Shown piece after piece: positions 39,071-49,595 of a DNA stretch of 64,000 nucleotides (position 1 is the first letter of the stretch; each line of letters starts with the position of its first letter). Both the position numbers and the translations under genes were made by a program. The DNA is taken from the NCBI GenBank assembly GCA_937995825.1, contig CALKJO010000016.1, positions 18,370 through 82,369 on the forward strand. Reading direction: 5' to 3'. Source of the stretch: an uncultured Anaerolineae bacterium. GTDB taxonomy: Bacteria; Chloroflexota; Anaerolineae; Aggregatilineales; Phototrophicaceae. A model generated the notes under the pieces. It searched no databases, was not told the DNA's origin, and worked only from the letters and a program-made list of their open reading frames with translations.

Positions 39071-40935
39071 AACGGGAACAGGATCGGCAGCACGATCACC
39101 GAGACGATCAGCGACAGGATCACCAGCGGCACGCCGACGCGCACGTAATCCACGAAGCGGTAATCGCCTGCGCTGACGACCAATGTGTTGACCGGCGAAG
39201 CAATCGGCGTGGCGAACGCCATTGACGCGGCAACCGCGACGCTCATCATAAAAGCGTGCGGCTGAACGCCGAGCTGCTGCGCCGTCGCCAGCGCCAGCGG
39301 TGCGATCAACACCGCTGTTGCCGTGTTGGACAGCACCTGTGTCAAAGCGGCGGTCAGGGCGAATAAGCCTGCCATCACCACCACTGCTCCCGCCTGTCCG
39401 AGTGCGCTGACGAAACCGGTCGCGACCAGATCGATCAGCCCGACCTTGACCAGCGCCGTACTCATCGGCAGCATCCCCGCCATCAGAAACAGCGTTTTGA
39501 GATCGACATTGCTGTAGGCGTCGTCCACTTCGATGCAGCGCGTCAGCATGACCGCCAGCGCCGCGATGATGCTCGCTGGAGCCAGATCGAGGATATTGAA
39601 CGCGACCAGCGCCACCATCGCCACCAGGATCAGTAGCGTGATCGGGGCTTTGTCTGGGCGGGTCAGCGCGCCGACCTGAAGCGCCTCGCGCTCGCCCATG
39701 ACGATGAAGTCCTCGCGCAGCTGCTTGAGCGCGAAGATGTGCTTCCATTCGCCCTGCACCAGCAGGACATCGCCAAGTTTGAGCGGGGTGTCTTTGATCG
39801 TGACCGGATTCTCCGCCCCAGGACGCCGCAGCGCCAGCACAGTCAGGTGATAATTGCGCGAGAAGCGCAGTTCGGAGATCGTTTTGCCGATCAGCGTCGA
39901 ACGCGGGCGCAGCAGCACCTCCGCAATGCCGACTTCATTGGAAATGACCTCTCCTTCGAGGACGGGTTCCGCTGCCAGCACCGCCAGCTTGAGCGCGCCG
40001 GTCGCGCGGGCGACATCCTCGGCGCTGCCCTGCACCAGCAGCAGATCGCTGGCGTGAAGCGCCGTATCTGGCGATGGCACATGCAGCCGTTCGTGAGTGG
40101 CGGTTCGGTTCACGAGCGGTAGGAACGGGCGTGGATCGCCGTTGGCGCGCTCAATCGACAGCACATTGAGATTGTAGACGTGGCTTAGCCCGCTTTCATG
40201 GAGCGTCTGTTCGACCAGCGGCGAGTCATCCTGAACGCGCAGGCGAAACAGATTGCCGGGCAGCTCGTAGATCAGAAACAGCTCATGCGGCGTGACGACG
40301 GTCTGCACGCCGGACTTGGGTTTGCGGTCGGGTAGGAAGCGCTGCCCGAAAATTAGCATGTACACCACGCCGACGCCCAGGAGCAGCAAGCCCAGCGGCG
40401 TGAAGCTGAAGAAATCGAATGGAGCAAGTCCGGCGCTGCGCAGCGCCTCGTTGACCAGCAGGTTAGGCGGCGTCCCGATCAGGGTGAGCGCCCCGCCCAG
40501 CAGCGCGCTGTACGCCATCGGCAGCAGCAGCTTGGACGCGCCGACGCGCAGCTGACGCGCCAAACTGACGACCGCCGGCAGCATCAGCGCCATCACGCCG
40601 GTCGAGCTGATGAACGCCGACATCAGCGCCACCGAGACCATCATGATCACCATCAGCCGAGTCAGATCGCCCTGCGCGACTTTCAAAATGCGCGCCGCGA
40701 TCAGACTCGCCAGCCCAGTATGAAAGACTGCGCCGCCGACGATGAACAGCGCGCCAATGCTGATCACGGCTTTGTTGGAAAAGCCCGTCAGCCCTTCTTC
40801 AATCGTCACAATTCCGAACAGCATGAGCGACGCCATCACGCCCAACGCCACCAGATCGAGCCGGATGATCTCGGTGATGAACAGCACCATCGCCACAGCG
40901 AGAATGATGATGGTGATCCACATCTCAAGCGTCAT
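39067..40935 (-). CDS. SLC13/CitMHS-type permease with two TrkA-C domains
   Basis: TLIGTPPNL, two cytoplasmic RCK-C repeats, AFATPIASPVN..V..AGDY.F.D. Confidence 0.9.
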   Translation of the reverse strand: MTLEMWITIIILAVAMVLFITEIIRLDLVALGVMASLMLFGIVTIEEGLTGFSNKAVISIGALFIVGGAVFHTGLASLIAARILKVAQGDLTRLMVIMMVSVALMSAFISSTGVMALMLPAVVSLARQLRVGASKLLLPMAYSALLGGALTLIGTPPNLLVNEALRSAGLAPFDFFSFTPLGLLLLGVGVVYMLIFGQRFLPDRKPKSGVQTVVTPHELFLIYELPGNLFRLRVQDDSPLVEQTLHESGLSHVYNLNVLSIERANGDPRPFLPLVNRTATHERLHVPSPDTALHASDLLLVQGSAEDVARATGALKLAVLAAEPVLEGEVISNEVGIAEVLLRPRSTLIGKTISELRFSRNYHLTVLALRRPGAENPVTIKDTPLKLGDVLLVQGEWKHIFALKQLREDFIVMGEREALQVGALTRPDKAPITLLILVAMVALVAFNILDLAPASIIAALAVMLTRCIEVDDAYSNVDLKTLFLMAGMLPMSTALVKVGLIDLVATGFVSALGQAGAVVVMAGLFALTAALTQVLSNTATAVLIAPLALATAQQLGVQPHAFMMSVAVAASMAFATPIASPVNTLVVSAGDYRFVDYVRVGVPLVILSLIVSVIVLPILFPF

Positions 40936-41122
40936 GTTTTTGACATCCATTTGTCTTTTGCACACGCAAAGCCATTATAATCTTCTGGGCTGGGCGGGGG
41001 GCTGAGCGGGCGAACGGAGTGATGAATGTCAGGCAAAGGCGCGAAGAACTGCGCCTCGTCTTGAGCATTACAGCCCATTTCTGTACACTTGCAGTGTTTA
41101 ACGTCCGTTTTTCGGAGTGATC

Positions 41123-42604
41123 ATGCTAACGTGGCAATCCAAGCCGACGATCTACCAGATCAACACGTGGGTCTGGCTGCACAGGCTGTCTCAGCGCTGT
41201 GGAATGGCGATCGGTCTGCACAATGTGCCGGATGAAGTGCTGGATGAGTTAGCCTCTTACGGCTTTGATGCGATCTGGCTGATGGGAGTCTGGCAGCGCA
41301 GCAGCGCGGCGCGGCTCAACGCCCTCAAATACAAGCATGAGTATCGCAGCGCGCTGCCCGATTTGACCGACGATGACGTGATCGGTTCCGCTTATGCCAT
41401 CGCCGATTATCGCGTCGATGATCGGCTTGGCGGGCGCGATGCGCTGGCAGTGCTGCGGGCGCGGCTGCGGGCGCGCGGGCTGCGGCTGATTCTCGATTTT
41501 GTGCCGAATCATGTGGCGCTTGACCATGAATGGGTGCACACGCAGCCCGATCTGCTCGTGCGCGGCACGAGAGACGATCTGAAAAAACGCCCAAATGACT
41601 TCTTCGCCGTCGGATCGATCCGGCGGCAGATGGTCTTCGCGCATGGGCGCGATCCGCACTTCCCCGGCTGGTCGGATACTGCGCAGGTCAATGCCTTCAA
41701 TCCCGATCTGCGCGCTGCGCATCGGGCGATCCTGATGGACATCGCCGATCAGTGCGACGGCGTGCGCTGCGACATGGCGATGCTGCTCTTGGATGACATT
41801 TTCGCGCGCACGTGGGAGGGCTACGTCGAAAAACAAACTGACCGCCCTTACTGGGTCGAGCTGGTCAGCGCGATCAAGAGCGCTTACCCCGATTTCATCT
41901 TCATCGCCGAGGTCTACTGGGGGCGCGACGGCGAAATGCTCCAGCAGGGCTTCGATTTCGTCTATGACAAGACGCTCTACGACCGCATCATGGAGAGGGA
42001 TGTCCAGAAGCTGCGTCAGCACCTGCTCGCGCCGCTGGCATATCAGCGGCGGACGCTGCGTTTCATCGAAAACCACGATGAGCAGCGCGCTTACGCCGTC
42101 CTAGGCGCCAAGCGCAGCTTTCCAGCCGCCATCCTGATCTGCACGCTGCCCGGCGGGCTGCTGCTCCATGATGGGCAGCTCAGCGGGCGGCGCGTCAAGC
42201 TGCCGGTGCAGATTTCCCGCCAGCCGGATGAACCCGAAGACGGCGAACTGCATCGTTTCTACCGCCAGCTTCTGACGGAGCGGCGCGATCCGATCTACAA
42301 CGGCGAATGGACGCTTTTTGACATCACCCCCGCCGCTGACAATGGGCATTACAACCTGCTGGCATACGGCTGGTTTTTGAGTGAACGGCGTGACCGGCTG
42401 ATCGTCGTCAACCTGACTGAGCATCGCTCGCGCGGCATGGTCAATCTGCGCCGCTGGAACTGGCTGGCGGGCAAGCACTGGCGGCTGCACGACATGCTCG
42501 ACGGGGCGGCGTATGATCGCAGCGGAAGCGAGATGGTCGAGCGCGGGCTGTTCATCGATCTTGAACCGTTCGAAGCGCACATTTTTCGATTTGAGGTGGT
42601 TTGA
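41123..42604 (+). CDS. GH13 alpha-amylase family glycoside hydrolase
   Basis: LDFVPNH, DGVRCDMAM (nucleophile), IAEVY, FIENHDE. Confidence 0.9.
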   Translation: MLTWQSKPTIYQINTWVWLHRLSQRCGMAIGLHNVPDEVLDELASYGFDAIWLMGVWQRSSAARLNALKYKHEYRSALPDLTDDDVIGSAYAIADYRVDDRLGGRDALAVLRARLRARGLRLILDFVPNHVALDHEWVHTQPDLLVRGTRDDLKKRPNDFFAVGSIRRQMVFAHGRDPHFPGWSDTAQVNAFNPDLRAAHRAILMDIADQCDGVRCDMAMLLLDDIFARTWEGYVEKQTDRPYWVELVSAIKSAYPDFIFIAEVYWGRDGEMLQQGFDFVYDKTLYDRIMERDVQKLRQHLLAPLAYQRRTLRFIENHDEQRAYAVLGAKRSFPAAILICTLPGGLLLHDGQLSGRRVKLPVQISRQPDEPEDGELHRFYRQLLTERRDPIYNGEWTLFDITPAADNGHYNLLAYGWFLSERRDRLIVVNLTEHRSRGMVNLRRWNWLAGKHWRLHDMLDGAAYDRSGSEMVERGLFIDLEPFEAHIFRFEVV

Positions 42605-42606
42605 CG

Positions 42607-42999
42607 ATGCGAGCCGCCGTTCTGATCGCCCTGATGACGCTCGCAGCGTGCCAGTCCGCGCCCGCCAGCCCGACGCTGACGCCTGAGCCGACCAGAGCGC
42701 CCGCCGCGCTGGCGGTCGAAGCTTATCTGACGGCGAAAGTGGCGGGGAATCGCGATGGCGTGCGCGCTGGACTGTGCAGCGAGATGGAAAATGTGCTTGA
42801 CCGCGAGAGCCTGAGCTTCAGCGGCGTCGCGGCGCGCATTGAAGGCATGGTCTGCGAGGCGAATGCCGACAGCACGGTCGTCACCTGCGCGGGCGAGATC
42901 ATCGCCACCTACGGCGGCGAAAATCGCCCGATCCCGCTGGGGGCATACCGCGTCGTTGAAGAAGATGGCGTCTGGCGCTGGTGCGGTGAGGCGGGGTGA
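42607..42999 (+). CDS. Hypothetical lipoprotein
   Basis: Lipobox TLAAC; four additional Cys; overlaps the next gene (GTGA). Confidence 0.7.
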   Translation: MRAAVLIALMTLAACQSAPASPTLTPEPTRAPAALAVEAYLTAKVAGNRDGVRAGLCSEMENVLDRESLSFSGVAARIEGMVCEANADSTVVTCAGEIIATYGGENRPIPLGAYRVVEEDGVWRWCGEAG

Positions 43000-43964
43000 G
43001 CGTCGCGGTTCACGTCGTCACCTTCAACAGCGCGGCGACGATTGCCGGCTGCTTGGAAGCGGCGCTGGCGCAGACCGGCGTCGATTTTCAAGTGCGCGTG
43101 CTGGACAATGCCTCTGAAGACGACACCTGCGCCATCGTCCGGCGGATGGGCGCTGCGCTGATCGAGTCGGAGCGCAATCTCGGCTATGCCGCCGCGCACA
43201 ATCGGCTGATCGACTCGTCCGAGTCCGACTATATCCTGACGCTCAACCCGGATGCCAGGCTGTATCCGGGGTTTCTGGCGGCGCTCAGTGCAGCGCTCGA
43301 CTCCGCGCCGGAAGTCGGGTCGGCGTGTGGTCGGCTGCTGCGCGTCGAGACGTTCGACGGCGAGCCAGTCGGGATCGACGGGATGGGCGTTTTCATGCGG
43401 CGCAGCCGGCGTCAGGGCTTGCTCTATGAAGGTGCGGCGCTGGAGGCTGTGCCGGACACCCCTTTTCCCGTTTTTGGAGTGGATGGTGCGTGCGCTTTTT
43501 ACCGGCGGACGATGCTGGACGACATCCGCATTGAGGGCGAGGTCTTCGACGAGGACTTTTTCATGCACAAAGAGGACATCGATGTGGCATGGCGGGCGCG
43601 GCTGCGCGGATGGGGCGCGCTGTGCGTGCCGGCAGCAGCGGCGGCGCACGTCCGCTCCTTTCGACCGGGGCAGCGCGAGCGCGTCTCGGCGTATATGCGC
43701 TGTCTGGGGACGCGCAACCGCTGGCTGCTGCTGCTGAAAAACGAACTGGCGGCGGGCTTGTGGCGCGATCTGCTCTGGATCGCCGGCTACGATCTGGCGA
43801 TTTTGGGCTATCTGCTGCTGCATGAGCGCGCCAGTCTGCGGGCGGTCGTGTCGGCGTGGCGGCTGCGTGAGCGGATGCTGGCGAAACGGCGGATCATTCA
43901 GGCGCGTCGGCGCGTCGGCTGGGCTGAACTGCGCCGATGGTTCGGTGCGCCGGCTCTATATTGA
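42996..43964 (+). CDS. Glycosyltransferase family 2
   Basis: VVTFNS, DNASED, NLGYAAAHN, LNPD, FFMHKEDIDVAWR. Confidence 0.9.
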   Translation: MSVAVHVVTFNSAATIAGCLEAALAQTGVDFQVRVLDNASEDDTCAIVRRMGAALIESERNLGYAAAHNRLIDSSESDYILTLNPDARLYPGFLAALSAALDSAPEVGSACGRLLRVETFDGEPVGIDGMGVFMRRSRRQGLLYEGAALEAVPDTPFPVFGVDGACAFYRRTMLDDIRIEGEVFDEDFFMHKEDIDVAWRARLRGWGALCVPAAAAAHVRSFRPGQRERVSAYMRCLGTRNRWLLLLKNELAAGLWRDLLWIAGYDLAILGYLLLHERASLRAVVSAWRLRERMLAKRRIIQARRRVGWAELRRWFGAPALY

Positions 43965-44034
43965 AGTGTTTAATTACTCTAACCTTTTTTTTGCCGTGAT
44001 GGTTAGTAATTTTTCGCCCCGTCTCCCGATCTTC

Positions 44035-44056
44035 AAATGTGAATTCGATTACAATG
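44035..44056. promoter_or_regulatory. CRP/Rex-type palindrome overlapping a TACAAT -10
   Basis: AAATGTGA-ATTCGA-TTACAATG, resembling TGTGA-N6-TCACA; it overlaps TACAAT at 44050-44055. Confidence 0.45.
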
Positions 44057-44096
44057 AAATGGAAAGCTGAGTGTATGTGGATCAAAACTGAACCTG

Positions 44097-45677
44097 ATGG
44101 CTCAAAACGCTCAACGCTCGCTTCCTTACGGCGATTTCGCACTGCTGACCGAAATCGCGCAGATGCTCAATCTCTACGATCCGGATCGCGTCCTTGACCG
44201 CGTGATCGAGCTGACGGCGCGCTCGTTCGGCGCGCAGCGCGCCAGTCTGCTGCTGCAGCCGGAGTATCAGAGCAGTGGGAGTAATTTTCGAGTGCGCTAT
44301 TTTATAAGCAGCAGTTATGTTGAGAAGCTGACCGATCAACATATGCCCGAGCATGTGCAGCGAGTGGTCGACTCGGGGCTGGCTGGATGGGTGATGCGCA
44401 GCAAGGAACCCGCGCTGGTCAATGATACCTTCCAGGATGAGCGCTGGCTTCAGTTTGAGGAGTCTGTCTCTTCATCGCGCTCGGCGTTGTGCGTCCCGTT
44501 GATCCACAGCGGCGAAGTGATCGCTGTGCTGACGCTGACGCACGATCAGCCGAATGCTTTCAACCAGCATCAGCTCCGACTGATGACGATCATCGCCAAC
44601 CAGGCGACGATTGCCGTGCGCAATGCCCAATTGTTCAGCCGAATACTGCATCAGCAGCGCCAGCTTGAAGCGATTCTGCACGCTATCCCGGATGTTATGC
44701 TGGGGCTAAATGAAAAGGGGGAAATCCTGCTGCTCAATGACAAGGCGGCGGCGTTACTGGACGTGGACAAGGCGGCGGCGCTTGGAATATCACTGGCGAA
44801 CTATGTGCAGACCGATCAGATCGTCCAGAAAATCCAGGACATCATCACGGCTCCGCTGGAGACAGGCGGTAATTGGACATTTGAGGCGCGGTCGGAGCGG
44901 CTGAAAACCGATTATCTGGTGTCGGTGTCGGTTTGGGAGAATCCAGTGAGCGGGACGCCGGGCTATGTTGTGATCATGCGCGATGTGTCCACGCTGCGCG
45001 ATCTGACGCGCTTCAAAGATGAAATGCTGCGGATAGCGTCGCACGATCTGCGGGGTCCGCTGGCGCTGATCGTCGGCTATTGCAGCCTGATCGAGCTGGA
45101 GGTCGAGCCGAATTCAGCGGCAGCCGACTTTGCTAAGCGGATTGAGCAGGCGACAGCGCGGATGAAAACGCTGCTGGATGCAATGGTGCGGGTGGAGAAA
45201 ATCCGCGAGTCGCCGCTGGAGATGTATGAGCAGGTGGTCTTTGCCGACCTGATGCAGCAGGCGATTCAGAATACCCAGATGATGATCGACGCCAAGCAGC
45301 AGCGGCTGCAATATGACATCCGCCTCGACGACGCGCCAGGGGTGACGGTCAATCCGGTGCTGCTGCGCGAATCGATGGAGAATCTGATCAGCAATGCGAG
45401 CAAATATACGGCGGAGTCGGGGTCGATCACGGTGCGCGCTTATCGCCGAGAACAGCGGCTGTATTTCGAAGTCGAAGACACCGGCATCGGGATTGCGCCA
45501 GAATACATCCCCAGATTATGGCAGAATTTCTATCGCGTGCCGGGAACGGAGAAGATCGACGGACGCGGGCAGGGGTTGAGTCTGGTCAAGGCGGTCATTG
45601 AGCGGCACAGCGGCGAAGTCTGGGTGGTCAGCGAACTCGGCAAAGGCAGCCGTTTCGGATTCTGGATTCCGATCTGA
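44097..45677 (+). CDS. Cytoplasmic GAF-PAS histidine kinase
   Basis: GAF (GLAGWV...SALCVPL..VIAVL), PAS-like segment, H-box SHDLRGPL, NLISNA, DTGIGI, GRGQGL. Confidence 0.92.
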   Translation: MAQNAQRSLPYGDFALLTEIAQMLNLYDPDRVLDRVIELTARSFGAQRASLLLQPEYQSSGSNFRVRYFISSSYVEKLTDQHMPEHVQRVVDSGLAGWVMRSKEPALVNDTFQDERWLQFEESVSSSRSALCVPLIHSGEVIAVLTLTHDQPNAFNQHQLRLMTIIANQATIAVRNAQLFSRILHQQRQLEAILHAIPDVMLGLNEKGEILLLNDKAAALLDVDKAAALGISLANYVQTDQIVQKIQDIITAPLETGGNWTFEARSERLKTDYLVSVSVWENPVSGTPGYVVIMRDVSTLRDLTRFKDEMLRIASHDLRGPLALIVGYCSLIELEVEPNSAAADFAKRIEQATARMKTLLDAMVRVEKIRESPLEMYEQVVFADLMQQAIQNTQMMIDAKQQRLQYDIRLDDAPGVTVNPVLLRESMENLISNASKYTAESGSITVRAYRREQRLYFEVEDTGIGIAPEYIPRLWQNFYRVPGTEKIDGRGQGLSLVKAVIERHSGEVWVVSELGKGSRFGFWIPI

Positions 45678-45679
45678 CC

Positions 45680-46435
45680 ATGCCCACGCCGTTTTCGCAC
45701 CTGAGCGCGGCGCGAATGCTGTTGGATGACCGCGCGATTGCTGAACCCGTGCGCGCCGAACTCCAACAGAGCATCGGCGCGTTTCTGCTGGGGAGCATCG
45801 CCGCCGACGGCTATTATCTGGCGGACGCGCCCCTCCATCGCGAAGATACGCATTTTTTCAGCTATGAGCGCCTAGTCGAGGATCATCCCTGGCGGCTGAT
45901 GCTGGCGCGCTATCCATGCATGGCATCGGCGGCGGGCGCGGCGCGGGCATTTACGGCGGGCTATATCGCGCATCTGGCGATGGATGAAATCTGGTGGCTG
46001 CATATGATGCGCCCGCATTTTGGCGAGCGCGAATGGGCGGAGCGGTCGTACCGCTTTCTGATGCTGAATATCATCCTGACAGTGATGGACGAGCGCGATG
46101 AAGCGGCGGCGCGGCGCGAAGTGAGCGCGCTGCGGGGCGCGCAGCCGGCGGCTTGGTGTCCGTTTTTACCCGATCAGGCGCTGATCGCCTGGCGTGACCT
46201 GATCGCGGCGCAGATCGCCCCGGGGGGCGTTTCACAAACGCTGACCATTCTTGCACCGCGCGTCGGCAAAACTGCGCTGGAGCTGCGGCGGATGCTCGAT
46301 GATTCGGCTTTGCTGGAGACGGATTTATGGGCGCATGTGCCGCGCAAGCTGCTGGAGACAGTTGAGGCGGCAATGCTGGCGCACGCGCGCGAGTCGCTCT
46401 GCACTTACTGGACAGATATCGCTGACGGCGCTTGA
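45680..46435 (+). CDS. Zinc-dependent phospholipase C-like family protein
   Basis: MPTPFSHL, LLGSIAAD, THFF, GYIAHLAMD..W. Confidence 0.7.
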   Translation: MPTPFSHLSAARMLLDDRAIAEPVRAELQQSIGAFLLGSIAADGYYLADAPLHREDTHFFSYERLVEDHPWRLMLARYPCMASAAGAARAFTAGYIAHLAMDEIWWLHMMRPHFGEREWAERSYRFLMLNIILTVMDERDEAAARREVSALRGAQPAAWCPFLPDQALIAWRDLIAAQIAPGGVSQTLTILAPRVGKTALELRRMLDDSALLETDLWAHVPRKLLETVEAAMLAHARESLCTYWTDIADGA

Positions 46436-46506
46436 CGCTGCATAGACAATCCGACGATTCAAGGATACACTGAGTACATATTCGGACAAACGATAAACTG
46501 CGAGGG

Positions 46507-46872
46507 ATGCGTGTGTCCAAAGTGATGATTGTGGACGACGATGTGGTGATGGTCAAGCTGCTGCAAACGCTGCTGGAACTCGACGGCTTCAACGTCAGTA
46601 TCGTCAATCGTGGCGCGGACGTGATCGGACAAGCGCGCAGCGTTCAGCCGGACATTTTCCTGATCGATTTTCATCTGGCGGATATGGACGGAACCGAGAT
46701 CGTCAAGCAGCTTCGTGGCGACACGAACTTTGCGGAGAAGCCGATCATCGTGGTGTCGGGGCTGGATGTCGAGGACGATGTGATCAAGGCGGGCGCGACC
46801 GCTTTTCTGATCAAGCCGTTTGAACCGTCTGACCTGCCCAGTCTATTCAATCAACTGATCAGCGGGGCGTGA
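46507..46872 (+). CDS. Single-domain response regulator
   Basis: MIVDDD, LIDFHL, SG, KPF; no output domain. Confidence 0.9.
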   Translation: MRVSKVMIVDDDVVMVKLLQTLLELDGFNVSIVNRGADVIGQARSVQPDIFLIDFHLADMDGTEIVKQLRGDTNFAEKPIIVVSGLDVEDDVIKAGATAFLIKPFEPSDLPSLFNQLISGA

Positions 46873-46983
46873 GCGCCACGTGCGCATTCCTCGTAGCAGC
46901 TTCCATATACCATGTTTACACATTACATGTTATATTTTTTGTAAGCTCAGCCAGGTGCGTATGCATGGATGATGGAGTCGAGC

Positions 46984-48012
46984 ATGGTAGCGCCAGTTCC
47001 CCCTGCTAAACCCGATAATCCCGCGCCACAGGACGATCAACTGAGCGAGTCCCGCATTCACACGCGCCATCTTGTCAGCGACAGTCGCAATCTGGCTGCG
47101 CCTGATGCGCTGGACAAGGTCACAGGTCCACTTGATGCCACCCTGCCCTGGGTGATCGAGATACGCGTGGTTGGCACGGCATCGACGATTCAGGCGCGCG
47201 TGCGCGACACGATGATCATCGGCAGACGCAGCGACTCGACCAAGGGCAGTGCGACCGTGCCGGATATCGATCTGTCCGAACATAATGCCTTTACTCAAGG
47301 CGTCTCGCGCTCTCACGCGATGCTGGTCGTCAGAGGGCAGAAGCTGATGCTCAAGGACTTAGGCAGCACCAATGGGACGCGCCTGAATGCGACAATCTGC
47401 GAGCCAGGCAAAGAATACCGTCTGCGGCACGGTGACGAATTGATGCTCGGTCAGATGCGCTTGCAGGTGTCGTTCGCGGTCGTGCCGGATGAGGCGTCGA
47501 TGAACACCCCTGTCCCGCTGCCGAATCGGAAAACCTCCTCAAAGCCGGCTCCTCCGGAGGGATTGAAAGCGGCGCTGGCTGACAGTGGAATTCAATCGCA
47601 GCCGTCCACGCTGCCGGCTGCCGCTGAGCCGAATGCCATCGGCAAGAGGGAGCGCATCCTGATCATCGAGGACGATACAGATGTCGGCGCAGTGTTTGAA
47701 TATGCGCTCCAAAAAGCTGGCTATCAGGTGACGCTCGTCCCGACGGTCGCGCGCGGACTGGGGGTGATCTTTCAGCAGATGCCAGATGCCATTATCCTTG
47801 ACCTGCTGCTGCCGGATATGCACGGGCTTGATCTGCTGCGCTATGTCCGCAAGCAGAAGACCGCCAAGCGCGTGCCGATGCTGGTGGTGAGCAGCGCAAC
47901 AGCGGGCTTTCAGATGCAGCAGGCGCTCGATGCGGGCGCGGATATGTTCATGGGCAAGCCGCTGGCGGTCGAGGAGCTGTTGAAAGCCGTCGCCGAAGCC
48001 CTCAAAAGCTAG
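46984..48012 (+). CDS. FHA-REC fusion protein
   Basis: FHA IIGR...GVSRSH...GSTNGT; REC ILIIEDD, ILDLLLP, KP. The ORF track start is 46969; GGAG SD favours 46984. Confidence 0.88.
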   Translation: MVAPVPPAKPDNPAPQDDQLSESRIHTRHLVSDSRNLAAPDALDKVTGPLDATLPWVIEIRVVGTASTIQARVRDTMIIGRRSDSTKGSATVPDIDLSEHNAFTQGVSRSHAMLVVRGQKLMLKDLGSTNGTRLNATICEPGKEYRLRHGDELMLGQMRLQVSFAVVPDEASMNTPVPLPNRKTSSKPAPPEGLKAALADSGIQSQPSTLPAAAEPNAIGKRERILIIEDDTDVGAVFEYALQKAGYQVTLVPTVARGLGVIFQQMPDAIILDLLLPDMHGLDLLRYVRKQKTAKRVPMLVVSSATAGFQMQQALDAGADMFMGKPLAVEELLKAVAEALKS

Positions 48013-49088
48013 AGATACTTCGCCAAGCCTTCCGCTTTTAACTGGTTGACGACATCTTTGACGCGCTGCGTCTGATCTTTGTGGCAGACCAGCAGCGCAT
48101 CCGGCGTTTCCACCACGACGATCTCCTCCACGCCGACCAGCACCGTCAGCTTATCGCTGTAGACCAGCGCGTTTTTGACATCCAGCGCGATATGCTGCGG
48201 CGTGTTGAAGCGGTTGCCGGCTTCATCGGTGTCGATCACATCGAAGATCGATCCCCAACTGCCGACATCGCTCCAGCCGATGGACACGGGGATGACCGCC
48301 ATACGCTGCGCGCCTTCCATGATGGCGTAATCGAGCGAGATTTTGTCGAGGCGCTCCCAGGTCTCGGCGAGCGCGGCGGCGTAGCTAGGCTGATCGAGGT
48401 GCTGGGCAAGCGCGGCGAAAGCCTGCGCCAGCTTCGGCTGCTGACGGGCAAATTCCGCCAGCCCATCGACGGCGCGCAGGATGAACATGCCGCTGTTCCA
48501 ACTGTAGTCACCGGACATGACGAAGGCTTCCGCCGTCGCTGAGTCGGGTTTTTCGGTGAAGCCGAGCGACTGGTAAACCTGAAAGCCATCGACGACTCCC
48601 AGCGGTTCGCCACGCCGGATGTAGCCGAACGCGGTGGATGGCGACGTGGCTTCGATGCCGAGTGTGACAATCGTTCCGCTCTGCGCGACCTCCCCCGCCG
48701 CTGCGAGCGCGGCGCGGAAGGCAGTTTTGTTAGCGATGTGGTGATCGGCGGTCAGGATGGCGACGGTCGCCTGCAGATCGCGGGCGGCGATCACGGTTAA
48801 GCCGAGCGCGGCGGCGGGTCCGCTGTCTTTACCGTAGGGTTCGATGATAAAGTTGTGGGCTGGAATTTGGGGGGCATCGGCGCGCATCGCCTCAGCGTAG
48901 CTTTCGCCGGTCACGATGATGATCCGCTCCGGCGGGAACAGGGGAGCGAGCCGATCCACGCTGACGCCGAACATCGAACGCTGCTCGATCAGCGGCAGAA
49001 GCTGCTTGGGCGTCTCGCGCCGGCTCAGGGGCCATAGCCGGGTTCCGCCGCCGCCCGCCATGATCATCGCGTAAAAATGCTCGTTCAT
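48009..49088 (-). CDS. Mannose-1-phosphate guanylyltransferase
   Basis: MAGGGGTRLWPLSR..PKQLL, IIEP.GKDSG, WNSGMF, WSDVGSW. Confidence 0.9.
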   Translation of the reverse strand: MNEHFYAMIMAGGGGTRLWPLSRRETPKQLLPLIEQRSMFGVSVDRLAPLFPPERIIIVTGESYAEAMRADAPQIPAHNFIIEPYGKDSGPAAALGLTVIAARDLQATVAILTADHHIANKTAFRAALAAAGEVAQSGTIVTLGIEATSPSTAFGYIRRGEPLGVVDGFQVYQSLGFTEKPDSATAEAFVMSGDYSWNSGMFILRAVDGLAEFARQQPKLAQAFAALAQHLDQPSYAAALAETWERLDKISLDYAIMEGAQRMAVIPVSIGWSDVGSWGSIFDVIDTDEAGNRFNTPQHIALDVKNALVYSDKLTVLVGVEEIVVVETPDALLVCHKDQTQRVKDVVNQLKAEGLAKYL

Positions 49089-49190
49089 CTGCCGCCTCGC
49101 CGTCTCTGGGGTCGATTGTTCCGCCATGATAGATCAAAATCGCTGCTGATGGGAGAGGCGAATGCAGTAGAGTGGTTGGAAGCGTTTAAG

Positions 49191-49595
49191 CTACCACTTG
49201 ATATGTTCAGGCAGGCAGCGAAGCAGGTGTGTATAACGCTCTTGATCCGCGCCGATGCGTTCGGCGTACCATTTGTGCGCTTTATGTGGCGTCAATTCGC
49301 TGTAGCAGGCGATCAGCGTGTCGATGCCGATGCCATCCACGTCATACACCATATTGCTGCGGCTGGCGCGAGATTGATCGCGCGTCAGCAGGCTGATGAC
49401 CTCATCGATCACGGTTTCAGTCGCTAGTTCGCGTATATGCGCGTGAATCTCTTCATCGTCTTCGACATCAATCATAAATTCGGTGACTTCTTGGATCGTT
49501 TTCAGCAGCGCAGGAAGCAGAGTCTTAAGAATGGCGCTCTGTGCCTTGAGCTGAATATCACATCGGACAGAAGGTGTCTCAGAATGCTGCTCCAT
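49191..49595 (-). CDS. Hypothetical protein (AT-richer than its neighbours)
   Basis: 134-aa ORF with AAGGTG SD and a TGaTACAAT extended -10 upstream; no family recognised. Confidence 0.6.
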   Translation of the reverse strand: MEQHSETPSVRCDIQLKAQSAILKTLLPALLKTIQEVTEFMIDVEDDEEIHAHIRELATETVIDEVISLLTRDQSRASRSNMVYDVDGIGIDTLIACYSELTPHKAHKWYAERIGADQERYTHLLRCLPEHIKW

